IMG/VR virus record: IMGVR_UViG_3300030329_005082
Location: 1-64,000 of that record
Origin: a virus
DNA length: 64,000 nucleotides
Direction: 5' to 3' (one strand)
Position 1 is the first letter of the stretch, and each line of letters starts with the position of its first letter. The translations under genes were made by a program, and so were the position numbers. The notes under the pieces are model-generated. The model saw only the letters and a list, made by a program, of their open reading frames with translations. It did not search any database and was not told where the DNA came from. This document shows positions 1-8,478 of this stretch, one piece after another.

Positions 1-1087
1 CTGTCAGAATAATGACGCCATCAAAGCTATTATTATTGACGTACTCGGTAGGAGCATTGAAGCAGGTACCGCCGCAAAGAACTCGCTCAGCCTTCTTGTT
101 CTGACCCTTCTTCCAAACGTAGACTTTGCTTTCGTCAACATCCGTATCAAAGGGAACCACTGTGAACTCTGCCAGCTTGGCAAGGCTATTCAACTCAGCG
201 AAGAAGCTCTCAAGCATATCATTGCTGACACTGCCGGACTGGTCAATAGCAATAGCAATCTTTGCCTGGCGCTGAGTCTTCTTGCCAGGATGAATGTAGG
301 CATACCGCTTGTTGATACGCTTCACGCTGGAACGACGGTTAGCACGCTGGGAGGTCTTGATGAAGTAACGCAGTACTTTCTTCCAGTCTACCTTAGTCTC
401 TAAGCGTTTTAGAATTTCTTGTTTTACTTCCCCGCTAACCGAGCCCCAGCCCTTGGCAGACTGAGCAGCTTCTTGAGCAGCATCCTTCATGGCTTGCTTG
501 AGACGCTCTTTAGCCATCTGGTTGGCAGCCTGCTGCTCAGGGCTGGCAGCACTGTCATCCCAACCGGAGTGGTCATCAAAGCTGCCAGGATTGTCGGCAT
601 CTGGTTGACCTTCGCCATCACCTTCGCCGCCATCGCCATCACCGCTGCCACCTTCGCTCTCTTCTTGCTTGGGCATATTGGCAAGGTACCACTCGGCAGT
701 CTTACCAAGCGGCAGCCCTTCAAAAGGACCGACACCAGGCATACAAGCCATCTCAGGCAGTTCACCAACCAAGTGGCTGTTGATAGCCAGGTCAGCAGCA
801 ATGTTCCAAACCTTGTGATCAACGCCTTCAGGCTTACGAGTGGTCACGTGATCAAAGATCAAGTGGTAGAACTCGTGCTTGAGTACACCACGGACGTGCT
901 CTTCTGGCAGCTTGGCAAAGAAGTCAGGGTTGTAAATCATCTCAAACTGAGCAGAGTCGGGATCAACCCGAACACCAGCAGTTGGGATCCCGTAGTCAGC
1001 ACGCTTCTCAATCTTACGGCTGAGTGCAGCAAAGAACGGCTCGTCCATTAGCAGGCGATAAGCATGTAGTTGCAGATCAAAGCTCAT
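1..1087 (-). CDS. DUF2201-type metallopeptidase + VWA domain protein, partner of MoxR (3'-truncated by window edge; absent from ORF track)
   Basis: Manual translation from ATG at 1087: MSFDLQLHAYRLLMDEPFFAALS...VLKHEFYHLIFDH (HEXXH), acidic Gly-rich linker, then IAIDQSGSVS (MIDAS DxSxS) and GGTCF; frame open to base 1; own promoter and SD upstream. Confidence 0.88.
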   Translation of the reverse strand, partial: MSFDLQLHAYRLLMDEPFFAALSRKIEKRADYGIPTAGVRVDPDSAQFEMIYNPDFFAKLPEEHVRGVLKHEFYHLIFDHVTTRKPEGVDHKVWNIAADLAINSHLVGELPEMACMPGVGPFEGLPLGKTAEWYLANMPKQEESEGGSGDGDGGEGDGEGQPDADNPGSFDDHSGWDDSAASPEQQAANQMAKERLKQAMKDAAQEAAQSAKGWGSVSGEVKQEILKRLETKVDWKKVLRYFIKTSQRANRRSSVKRINKRYAYIHPGKKTQRQAKIAIAIDQSGSVSNDMLESFFAELNSLAKLAEFTVVPFDTDVDESKVYVWKKGQNKKAERVLCGGTCFNAPTEYVNNNSFDGVIILT

Positions 1088-1108
1088 GTATCTCTCCCTT
1101 ACTATAGT

Positions 1109-1136
1109 ATAATAGCATTAATAGGGTCAGAGTCAA
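1109..1136 (-). promoter_or_regulatory. sigma70-type early promoter TTGACT-N16-TATTAT with extended -10 (TGC)
   Basis: Minus strand TTGACTCTGACCCTATTAATGCTATTATACTATAGTAAGGGAGAG directly before ATG 1087. Confidence 0.85.
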
Positions 1137-1162
1137 GTGTTTTTGTTATTTTTGTTGCCTTT

Positions 1163-1191
1163 AAAAACGGAAAGCCCAGCTTTTGCTGAGC
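1163..1191 (-). terminator. Intrinsic terminator after MoxR gene
   Basis: GCTCAGC-AAAA-GCTGGGC stem (one G.U) followed by TTTCCGTTTTT. Confidence 0.65.
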
Positions 1192-1233
1192 AGTCCGCCG
1201 ATCAGGGAACCTGAGTGTAAGGTGTAAGAGAGA

Positions 1234-2274
1234 TTAGGCTCCCAGGATCTTGCTAAGGTGGCTGCCGACAGCACCGTCGTTGGCACCGTGGAACTTCACC
1301 ACGTTATCTTGCACGCCGCCCTGGCTGATCACGCCCCAAAGCTTCATGGCAGCTTCGGAAGGGAGGGTGACGAAGTAGTTGGCAAGGTTTCCGATCTGAT
1401 CATCGTTCAGTTCGGTCTTGCAGATCTCTTCAGCTTCAATCTTTTCAACCAAAGCGCAGTGCTCATTCAAAGAGAAGGCAGCCAGAGCTTCAGTTCGCTC
1501 GCCATTGAGGAGTTGATCAACAGTAACAACCCGCTCGTAGTTCTTGGCATAGTCGTTGAGAGCAACAGCAGCCTCAAAGCCGACAAAGCTTTGAGCAAGG
1601 TTGAACATGGCAGGTCCAGCTTCAAGCTGATCAGCCTGTGCGAGCACATCGTTCAGACGCTTCCAGCTACGACGGCTGGGATACCGCTTGTTCGGCTCAA
1701 TGTCAGAAGTGTGCTCAAGGTGATTGCGATTCTGGTTGATGAAATCCCAGATAAGACCATCAACATTGTCCTTGCCCCATGTCAACCAGTCTTCGGTAGT
1801 GGGCTCAACATCCCAAACGCTCCAACGATCAAGCTCAGCAGGATCCATTTCGTTGACCTGATAGCTCTCACCGTGCTCACCGCCGTTGATGGCAGCAAAG
1901 ATGATGGTCTCGGGGTGAAGAGTGTGACCATTCAGCTTACGGCTGTCAGTCAACTCAAAGATTCCTTGGCGAACTTCAAGAGTAGCGCGGTCAACTTCAT
2001 CAAGGAAGAGAACCACGGCTTCTTCGCAAGCCACTTTGAACCAGTCTGGCGGATTGAAGGTCGTGCGGTTGCCCTCAACGCTGGGGAGACCGACGAGATC
2101 CCCTTCAGTCATCTGGCTGGCACGGCGCTCAACCACTGGCAAGCCGGCATTAGCAGCCAACTGGTAAACGACCTGGCTCTTGCCAATGCCGTGACGACCA
2201 CGAAGCAGGACAGGCAGCTTGGATGCGCTGACAGCAGGTGCCAAGGATACGAAGGTTTTGAAGTCTACAGCCAT
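1234..2274 (-). CDS. MoxR-like AAA+ ATPase (AAA_5)
   Basis: Walker A GRHGIGKS, Walker B VLFLDEVDRA, MDPAELDRW, PSRRSW; adjacent to VWA gene. Confidence 0.9.
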   Translation of the reverse strand: MAVDFKTFVSLAPAVSASKLPVLLRGRHGIGKSQVVYQLAANAGLPVVERRASQMTEGDLVGLPSVEGNRTTFNPPDWFKVACEEAVVLFLDEVDRATLEVRQGIFELTDSRKLNGHTLHPETIIFAAINGGEHGESYQVNEMDPAELDRWSVWDVEPTTEDWLTWGKDNVDGLIWDFINQNRNHLEHTSDIEPNKRYPSRRSWKRLNDVLAQADQLEAGPAMFNLAQSFVGFEAAVALNDYAKNYERVVTVDQLLNGERTEALAAFSLNEHCALVEKIEAEEICKTELNDDQIGNLANYFVTLPSEAAMKLWGVISQGGVQDNVVKFHGANDGAVGSHLSKILGA

Positions 2275-2297
2275 GTTTTTGTCTCCCTTACATTAGT

Positions 2298-2325
2298 ATA
2301 TTAGCATTAACAGGTTCAGAGTCAA
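2298..2325 (-). promoter_or_regulatory. sigma70-type early promoter TTGACT-N16-TAATAT
   Basis: TTGACTCTGAACCTGTTAATGCTAATATACTAATGTAAGGGAGAC before MoxR ATG. Confidence 0.85.
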
Positions 2326-2689
2326 GCTTTTCTAGGGTTTTTTTCACTTTTATTCGTTTTTTTATTGCCTGCTTTTTCAATACCTTAGTTTACTTCTCTC
2401 CTAGTGTGATAGGCTTAACTGAAAGTAATTAGTCTGGTATAATGGGAGGATGTGGGCTTTTGGCTGCCTATTGACAAGACTCAATTACTCATGTACTAAG
2501 TACAAATGCAAACAAACGCCCCCAAAGGCTGACAATCGCTGACAAATAATAAAAGGTTGATATTACTTGGTTTTACCACTACACCGCAGGCAATTGGCAG
2601 GCAAAACAATTACTTATAAACTATGCAATTTTTGCAGTGTTTTTTGCGATGTTTGTATACGTGGCTGTAAACACTACACTATTCTGAGT

Positions 2690-3055
2690 TTAGAACACAA
2701 TAGCACAGGCATAAGCACTTACTACTATCAGTGTAGCTAGCACACATACTTCTAATACTTCTTGGTATGGTTTCATTATTTTTATTGTGTGCCTTTGATT
2801 TGGATTTAGGAAAAGAACAGGCTGCTGGCAAAGCTTCCAATGAAGGCTGCGGTGCCGGCAACCACTCCTAAAAACAAGGAGAAGTTATCATCCTTGAACC
2901 GCTCAATGTTGGCTTTGAAATTCTCTAACATCATACTATCTATCCTCATCTTGTTTCTTAAGAAATTGCACAACAAAGTCTACGAAGTTCACCATCAACC
3001 TTCCGACAGTGAATCCTCCGACAAGAGCAACTGTTGCATATAATAATGTTTCCAT
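2690..3055 (-). other. Three tandem small hydrophobic ORFs below track cutoff (2936..3055, 39 aa; 2806..2934, 42 aa; 2690..2776, 28 aa)
   Basis: Manual translation METLLYATVALVGGF..., MMLENF...LFLGVVAGTAAFIGSFASSLFFS, MKPYQEVLEVCVLATLIVVSAYACAIVF; each has one hydrophobic segment. Confidence 0.5.
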
Positions 3056-3063
3056 TTTTCACC

Positions 3064-3447
3064 TCAGAATTCTTCGCAGGCTGGCTGGTTTGGGTCACAG
3101 TCTAAAACTGTTGGGAAGCCATTCTCATCGGGGTTTGTGATCAGATAATGCCTTACTTTGTAGTAACTCTCGTCGGGTCCGGCTGACAAGAGTTCTGCAT
3201 TAGTTTTGACACCAAAAACAAACTTGCAGATCCCGATGCGTTCGGTGACGCCCTTCTTGGTTTTGGGATCCTTTTCAGTCTTGGCAGCAAAGACCAGCAC
3301 CTTACAATAGCGGTTAAACTCTTGCATCTCCTTAGTGCGAACATCCAGGCGGCTACAGCAATCGTTAGATGCGTAGTGTTTGACTGGAGCAATCTTACAA
3401 CCGCTGACTGTCATGAATAGCAGAGATGTTAGAATAATATATTTCAT
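3064..3447 (-). CDS. Putative lipoprotein, Cys-rich (paralog of 8479..8751)
   Basis: MKYIILTSLLFMTVSG-C lipobox-like signal; CCSRL...FNRYC...ICKFVF. Confidence 0.6.
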   Translation of the reverse strand: MKYIILTSLLFMTVSGCKIAPVKHYASNDCCSRLDVRTKEMQEFNRYCKVLVFAAKTEKDPKTKKGVTERIGICKFVFGVKTNAELLSAGPDESYYKVRHYLITNPDENGFPTVLDCDPNQPACEEF

Positions 3448-3749
3448 CGTTTCTTTTTTCTTGGGATCCCAGCCATGTCTAATAACATATTCAGTTCCCA
3501 TTCATTGAGTTTATCTAATTGTGTTTTGTATTTATCTTTTTTACAGGGTGCCGGCGATTGCTCACGCTTGAACTCTACCTTCGGAACCCACCCCATGTAA
3601 TACAAAACTGAGCGGAGAACACGAGGATCTTGACGCTTCAACATTTGCACGATTTGATGTGCTTTTGCTCGCACCTGGCGGTGGTTTAGTTTCTTCTTTA
3701 CGCTGTAATTTGGCATCGCCAACAGCACCGCTAAAAGCAAGCTAGTCAT
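3444..3749 (-). CDS. Hypothetical basic protein with N-terminal hydrophobic segment
   Basis: 101-aa ORF packed in the minus-strand gene array. Confidence 0.6.
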   Translation of the reverse strand: MTSLLLAVLLAMPNYSVKKKLNHRQVRAKAHQIVQMLKRQDPRVLRSVLYYMGWVPKVEFKREQSPAPCKKDKYKTQLDKLNEWELNMLLDMAGIPRKKKR

Positions 3750-3768
3750 CTTTAGGCTTCATTCCCGC

Positions 3769-3823
3769 AAGCAGGAGGATGCCCTTGTTTTGGAACCATT
3801 GTCCAATGAGCATCCCCCTGCTT
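3769..3823 (-). ncRNA. Intergenic structured RNA element (14-bp stem with inner hairpin)
   Basis: AAGCAGGGGGATGC...GCATCCTCCTGCTT; the single mismatch is a G.U only on the minus strand; inner TTGGA-CAATGGT-TCCAA hairpin. Confidence 0.5.
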
Positions 3824-3853
3824 AGAAAAACACGGGCTAACAGAAATAATAAT

Positions 3854-4306
3854 TTAACTGTTAGTTTCTTCATTGCTTACCGTGAGGACTTCCACCTCAA
3901 AAGTGAGATCCTTGCCAGCAAGCGGATGATTGAAGTCAGCCGTAACGCTGTTATCGTTGATCTCAGTCAAGACAACCATAAACGTTTCGTTATTTTGGTT
4001 CGTAAGAGGAACAGTCATGCCCTCCGAGAACTCAAAATCACCAGGGAAGATCTCTCGCTCAAGCGTGGTGATCTGCTCTGGGTTGTGAGGTCCGTATGCC
4101 TCTCCGTGCGGGATAGTGAAAGTCTTTGTCTCACCCTCAGACATTCCGGTCAAAGCGGTCTCAAAACCTTCAATGAGTTGTCCATTCCCAATGGAAACCG
4201 TCATCGGGGCTTCTCTGCCACGAGAGCTATCAAACTCCGTGCCGTCTTCAAGCGTCCCTGTGTAATGTAGGGTTACGGTGGACCCATTCTCTACTGTCTT
4301 AGTCAT
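3854..4306 (-). CDS. FKBP-type peptidyl-prolyl isomerase (SlyD/FkpB-like)
   Basis: VTLHYTGTLEDGTEFDSS, GQLIEGFE, AYG, ADFNHPLAGKDLTFEVEVL; likely start MTKTVENG at 4306. Confidence 0.93.
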   Translation of the reverse strand: MTKTVENGSTVTLHYTGTLEDGTEFDSSRGREAPMTVSIGNGQLIEGFETALTGMSEGETKTFTIPHGEAYGPHNPEQITTLEREIFPGDFEFSEGMTVPLTNQNNETFMVVLTEINDNSVTADFNHPLAGKDLTFEVEVLTVSNEETNS

Positions 4307-4814
4307 TTTCTTTCCTTTCAAGGTAAAATTGTTCACAAACATTTGTAAATTGACCAATTGAGTCCCAAATTTGGTTATCTAAATCGTCCAAATCGTACTC
4401 TGACTTCTCGTCATCATAATAATTAGAAACCTCTTCGGAGTCCATTTCAAAGATAAGCTTTTCCTGTAACAACTCGCCATCCATCACAGCGACGCCCGTC
4501 ACAGCCGTCTCGTCTTTTTGAATAGTTGTCATGGTAATCAGCTTGTTCTGAAAGCAGACATTATCACAACTGGCTTGTTGCAGCCAACGAACTGGAGGCT
4601 CCCACTTGGTCTCCAGGGTGAGGTACAGAGTGTTCCCTTCGGCATGATACTCATACTCTTCAAGCTCCATCCAGCCAATGTCACCCCACTGGCTCAGGTT
4701 TGGAACTAACTCTGTTAGCAGATCACTGCTATCAAAACTATAATCAAACTCAAAATCTTCGGCCTGATTTGGCGTAAAGTTATAAACCTTAATATGACTT
4801 CTTGTTGCATCCAT
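4299..4814 (-). CDS. Acidic hypothetical protein, possibly DUF1281/YubB ferredoxin-like fold
   Basis: LTLETKWEPPVRWL resembles the F-x-T-A-W-x-P-P motif; weak. Confidence 0.35.
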   Translation of the reverse strand: MDATRSHIKVYNFTPNQAEDFEFDYSFDSSDLLTELVPNLSQWGDIGWMELEEYEYHAEGNTLYLTLETKWEPPVRWLQQASCDNVCFQNKLITMTTIQKDETAVTGVAVMDGELLQEKLIFEMDSEEVSNYYDDEKSEYDLDDLDNQIWDSIGQFTNVCEQFYLERKEND

Positions 4815-4815
4815 T

Positions 4816-5133
4816 TTATTCTTCTTCCGTTAGTTCAAAGCAGCCACAATCCTCATCACCAACATTATAAACGACCACATGATCGGCAGGACAATCCGAA
4901 GGTCCAACCATACTGAAGATCGTTTCGCCCTGCGATTCGGTCTGGTGCATCTTGTGCTCAAGATCAGCCAGAGCGATGCTGCGTTCTTGTTGGCTTCTAG
5001 CATTATGAACTTGAATCATCTCTAGCTCAAGTTCAGGAAACTCCTTTGAGTCAAGCTCAAAGGAGGGGTATTCCCGAACCACTTCATACTTCTCAGCCCA
5101 ATGAAGTCGGAGTTTCATCTCATTCCTTTCCAA
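4816..5133 (-). CDS. Hypothetical protein
   Basis: 105-aa ORF in array. Confidence 0.6.
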   Translation of the reverse strand: MERNEMKLRLHWAEKYEVVREYPSFELDSKEFPELELEMIQVHNARSQQERSIALADLEHKMHQTESQGETIFSMVGPSDCPADHVVVYNVGDEDCGCFELTEEE

Positions 5134-5305
5134 GAGTCAACCGGACAAGCTCAGAAGCAGTCGTCTTCAGAGTCCGCAGACCCTTGCGAGCACGAGTGCC
5201 GGCGGCTTTGTTGCCAGTTGCATTCTTTTGAACATCTTCTTCAATGTTCTCTACGAGAGTTTTCAACTCGTTCCACTTCTCTACTACATTGGTGTTGGTC
5301 GTCAT
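5120..5305 (-). CDS. Histone H1-like (Hc1 family) nucleoid protein
   Basis: MTTNTNVVEKWNELK...ATGNKAAGTRARKGLRTLK; GNKAAGTRARK is the Hc1-family hallmark. Confidence 0.8.
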   Translation of the reverse strand: MTTNTNVVEKWNELKTLVENIEEDVQKNATGNKAAGTRARKGLRTLKTTASELVRLTLGKE

Positions 5306-5306
5306 T

Positions 5307-5513
5307 TTATTTTCCTTTCTTGACGTTTTCAATGTGGCGCTCAAGGTACCACTTTGCTTTTTCCAAATCTTCAAGCTCTTCACCCTTGTGTGGGGCTCGG
5401 AGCATATACTTTATAACATTCCCTACACTAAAGTTTAAGTCCCAATCTTCAATAATATTAATTGCTTCAATTGAGCCCTTATTATAATGCACGGGATGGT
5501 CCACAGTGTTCAT
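5307..5513 (-). CDS. DUF3310 (SaV/gp1.7-like) protein
   Basis: VDHPVHYN, GNVIKY, EDLEKAKWYL; start MNTVDH at 5513. Confidence 0.85.
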   Translation of the reverse strand: MNTVDHPVHYNKGSIEAINIIEDWDLNFSVGNVIKYMLRAPHKGEELEDLEKAKWYLERHIENVKKGK

Positions 5514-5526
5514 ACTTTTTCTCCTC

Positions 5527-6267
5527 TCAGTTAGATAACTCTTGAAGGCGTTGTAAAGATCTGTAAACATATTCTGATTCAAACTCACAACCCTTGAAAG
5601 AGCGATTAGTATTCTTGCAGGCAATCATCGTTGACCCTGCTCCACTAAAACAGTCTAACACAACATCGCCAGGTTGTGTATGTGCTTTGATTATTCTTTC
5701 TAAAAGAGCGATCGGCTTTTGCGTTGAGTGCCAGCCGGCATACTCCTTGCTTGCCGTGTGATTGTTCTTTTCCCAAACATCGGTTGGGACTTTCCCCAGG
5801 GGATTGTTGTGGGCTTCAGCACGAACATTCCGAGCCATCTTGTAAGGGATCCGCACATCATCAGCATTGAAGCTGAACTCCTTGCCCTTGGAATACATCA
5901 AGATATCCTCATGCTTGCGGGGAAACTTCTTCTTGGTTCTTCCGCCCCAATCATAAGACCAGATGATCCAGTTTTGATAATGAGCATCAGGAATATTGTT
6001 CAGGACATCCAACTTGTACCGAAGAAATGTATCTTGTTTTGTTGTTCCCCACACATAGAAGCAGGTATCTGGCTTCATAATGCGAAAACACTCTTCAGTC
6101 CACTTCTTGCACCAGTTGAGATATTCCGCTTCGGATGCCCACTGATTATCCCAGGGGTCCTTGACGATCTCAAAATATGGCGGATCTACAATAACAAGAT
6201 CTACCGACTCGTCGGGAAGGGTTTTCAAATACTCTAAACAGTCTGCATGTTTAAGCTCAAGCGTCAT
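5527..6267 (-). CDS. DNA methyltransferase, N6_N4_Mtase family (beta class)
   Basis: VDPPY motif IV precedes HSTQKP and VLDCFSGAGST motif I. Confidence 0.92.
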   Translation of the reverse strand: MTLELKHADCLEYLKTLPDESVDLVIVDPPYFEIVKDPWDNQWASEAEYLNWCKKWTEECFRIMKPDTCFYVWGTTKQDTFLRYKLDVLNNIPDAHYQNWIIWSYDWGGRTKKKFPRKHEDILMYSKGKEFSFNADDVRIPYKMARNVRAEAHNNPLGKVPTDVWEKNNHTASKEYAGWHSTQKPIALLERIIKAHTQPGDVVLDCFSGAGSTMIACKNTNRSFKGCEFESEYVYRSLQRLQELSN

Positions 6268-6517
6268 TGTCTCTCACAATCAGTTCTACATCTGTGGTGT
6301 CAGTGTCCATCTCAATCCAAACCCTAGCGCCGCAACTTAGCGGCTTGTGCGGGCTATAAACTACGCGTGCTAGCTCAGTGCCGTCCATAGTTTTGATCAC
6401 GGCTTCATGAGCATAGTTGTTGTCTTTGTAAGTCTTAACCGTCAGAACAGGCTCATCAGTACCATGCTTGGTGTTTCGTTTGATGACGTGCTGGTTGACG
6501 TGAATGATTTTTTTCAC
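6257..6517 (-). CDS. Hypothetical phage protein
   Basis: IIHVNQHVIK...YSPHKPLSCGARVWIE; 86 aa. Confidence 0.65.
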   Translation of the reverse strand: MKKIIHVNQHVIKRNTKHGTDEPVLTVKTYKDNNYAHEAVIKTMDGTELARVVYSPHKPLSCGARVWIEMDTDTTDVELIVRDNDA

Positions 6518-6915
6518 CTCAACACCCCGATAACTAATAAGCTGTGAACGGTGGTCATGAGGGTCATGTAAATAATCAGGGTGCCGTCTGTCCAGCCGCT
6601 TACCCAGGTATCAAATCTTTTTTTCATTTACTTTTTTCTCTAACGCTAAAAACTCTTTTTCAATCCGATTTAATCGCTTATGGTTTTCCATAACCAACTC
6701 ATACATAGATGTCATAGCCCTCTCCAGGGTAGAGAGTAGCATCTCCATCTCTAATAGTTTCTTTTCCATAGTAGCTTCTCCCTGTCTATATTCTAAAGGA
6801 AGCTGGTACTATTGTTAAGGGTGTGGGCGTAATCCATCGCGGTGTGGCGCTCGCCGGGAACGGGGATCAAAATCATCTTGATGATATTCTTAAGAAAACG
6901 CATGTTTTTTCCTTT

Positions 6916-7821
6916 CTAGTGCTCTGACCACTTAGAAACTTCATTGATAATATTGTTGAGTTCCGGCTCAAGGTCAGCATCAACAATTCGCTCACCCGAA
7001 CCATCATCTTTGTTGACGCCGTAGAGGTAGACACCGCTGGCATCCTCGCTGAGGACATCGCGATTGTCACCCTTCCAGCCGTTGCTCTTGTTGACAGGTC
7101 CACCGACAACACCGCTCACCAAACCGAATGCGGCTGGCTCGCCGTCGAAGTGGTTGTAGTGGCTTTGCTGCTTGATGTTTTGGGGAATCCGAAGGTACCC
7201 CTCTTGTCCGTCAGGCTTGCGAACATTGATAATCGCACCCTTGAACCAAGAGTCAAAGTGGCGGGGCGAACCTGAGTCGTGGTCATAGTTTGGTACAGCA
7301 ACATTCTTCCAGTTGATGCCCGTGACCACGCACATCACCTGCTTGTAATCATCAGATTCCCAACTCCAGTCCCGAATCCGCATCAAAGCACCAGGGACGA
7401 TGCCGGCTTTGCTCAGGCAGGCAGCGACAACTCGGTGGGCCAGACCTTGCATGGCGTCAGCATCCTTGCGGTGCTGCTTCTTGGCAGGGCAGGTCCGAGC
7501 GTTGTGTCCACGCTCACCGCAGAAGCCGCAGGTGCGACCACGAGCATTCTTCCTAGCTTGAGCGATCTTGCGATCGGCAATCTCTTCCCAAAGCCAACGG
7601 TCACGCCAGGAAACTTCGTCTTCGGAAGCGTCTTGAGCTTTGGCAGCCTGGTTGATTCTGTCAATCCAAGAGGTTGAAGTGTAAGCACGCTCTTCTTCGG
7701 AACGCTCAATGCCGTACTTCTCGGCAAGGCGCTCAACTCGGGCGTAAGCTTCTTTGATTTGCGGGCAACCACGGCGGTTGTGTCCGAATTGACCACAGTG
7801 CTGACATTGGTTCTTAGCCAT
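6916..7821 (-). CDS. Protein with two CCHC zinc knuckles
   Basis: CQHCGQFGHNRRGC and CGFCGERGHNARTC both match C-x2-C-x4-H-x4-C; dedicated promoter. Confidence 0.85.
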   Translation of the reverse strand: MAKNQCQHCGQFGHNRRGCPQIKEAYARVERLAEKYGIERSEEERAYTSTSWIDRINQAAKAQDASEDEVSWRDRWLWEEIADRKIAQARKNARGRTCGFCGERGHNARTCPAKKQHRKDADAMQGLAHRVVAACLSKAGIVPGALMRIRDWSWESDDYKQVMCVVTGINWKNVAVPNYDHDSGSPRHFDSWFKGAIINVRKPDGQEGYLRIPQNIKQQSHYNHFDGEPAAFGLVSGVVGGPVNKSNGWKGDNRDVLSEDASGVYLYGVNKDDGSGERIVDADLEPELNNIINEVSKWSEH

Positions 7822-7845
7822 GAATTCTCTCTCCCTTACAACACT

Positions 7846-7873
7846 ATAGTAGCATTAATAGGGTATGGGTCAA
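7846..7873 (-). promoter_or_regulatory. sigma70-type early promoter TTGACC-N16-TACTAT
   Basis: TTGACCCATACCCTATTAATGCTACTATAGTGTTGTAAGGGAGAG. Confidence 0.85.
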
Positions 7874-7886
7874 GCTTTTTGGCCAA

Positions 7887-8201
7887 TTATTTATAATTTA
7901 TTTTTTTAGGATCCAACTTTTCTAGTTCTTCCTCAGAGATGTCTTCTTCAATCAGATCATAGATGGATTTAGTATCTTCTTTCGGCGCATGACGGCGACC
8001 AGATAAAATATGATGAACCATAGATGGCGAGACTTTATAAATGTGGTGTGTCTGTCTGGCAAACCACTTGGCAATCTCGCGAACTGACTGCTTGCCCTTC
8101 TGGGACCGGATCATTTCCACGTGGCGCTCTGTAAGTTTATGGGTTTTCTTCTTCGCTCGTATGCGATCCTTGCGAGGCTTTGTCTTCTTTTGTTCGCTCA
8201 C
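7887..8201 (-). CDS. Basic helix-turn-helix protein
   Basis: LTERHVEMIRS...SVREIAKWF...VSPSMVHHILSGRR HTH-like pattern. Confidence 0.55.
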   Translation of the reverse strand: MSEQKKTKPRKDRIRAKKKTHKLTERHVEMIRSQKGKQSVREIAKWFARQTHHIYKVSPSMVHHILSGRRHAPKEDTKSIYDLIEEDISEEELEKLDPKKINYK

Positions 8202-8472
8202 GAAATCTCCTTTGCTTAGTCAGGGCGATGAGTGCAATGCTTAGGTTGCCCACTAAAATATGCCCACAAATGATGAGCGACGCCATACTGTCGTTGTTCA
8301 CCACTATCATATAAATAGCAGCTATTCCGCCGATCGTAAAGAAACAAAATTGTGTAGGCACGCTGATAGCGTCAGCAGTCTCGGACTTGACAACCTTAGA
8401 AATGTGTGGAATATATAAAAGGAACACAAAGATCTGTGTGTAAAGATAAAGGTAAGTTACGAATGTTTCCAC
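8137..8472 (-). CDS. PQ-loop/SemiSWEET-like three-helix membrane protein
   Basis: Three hydrophobic segments; YIPHISKVVKSETADAIS aligns by eye to the Y-x-PQ-I-x-K-x2-K-x-K-x-A-x2-IS pattern (PH instead of PQ). Confidence 0.6.
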   Translation of the reverse strand: METFVTYLYLYTQIFVFLLYIPHISKVVKSETADAISVPTQFCFFTIGGIAAIYMIVVNNDSMASLIICGHILVGNLSIALIALTKQRRFRERTKEDKASQGSHTSEEENP

Positions 8473-8478
8473 GCATGA

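Noticed and set aside
1258-2304. 348-aa plus-strand ORF (also 419..1051 and many other + ORFs, and the off-frame minus ORF 487..822)
   Set aside because: These are antisense or off-frame shadows of well-formed minus-strand genes caused by codon bias; they have no motifs, SD or promoter.
3769-3823. Possible tRNA
   Set aside because: Only 55 nt; no D or T arms, no TTC loop, no U33 in the 7-nt loop, no CCA. Kept as an unclassified structured element.
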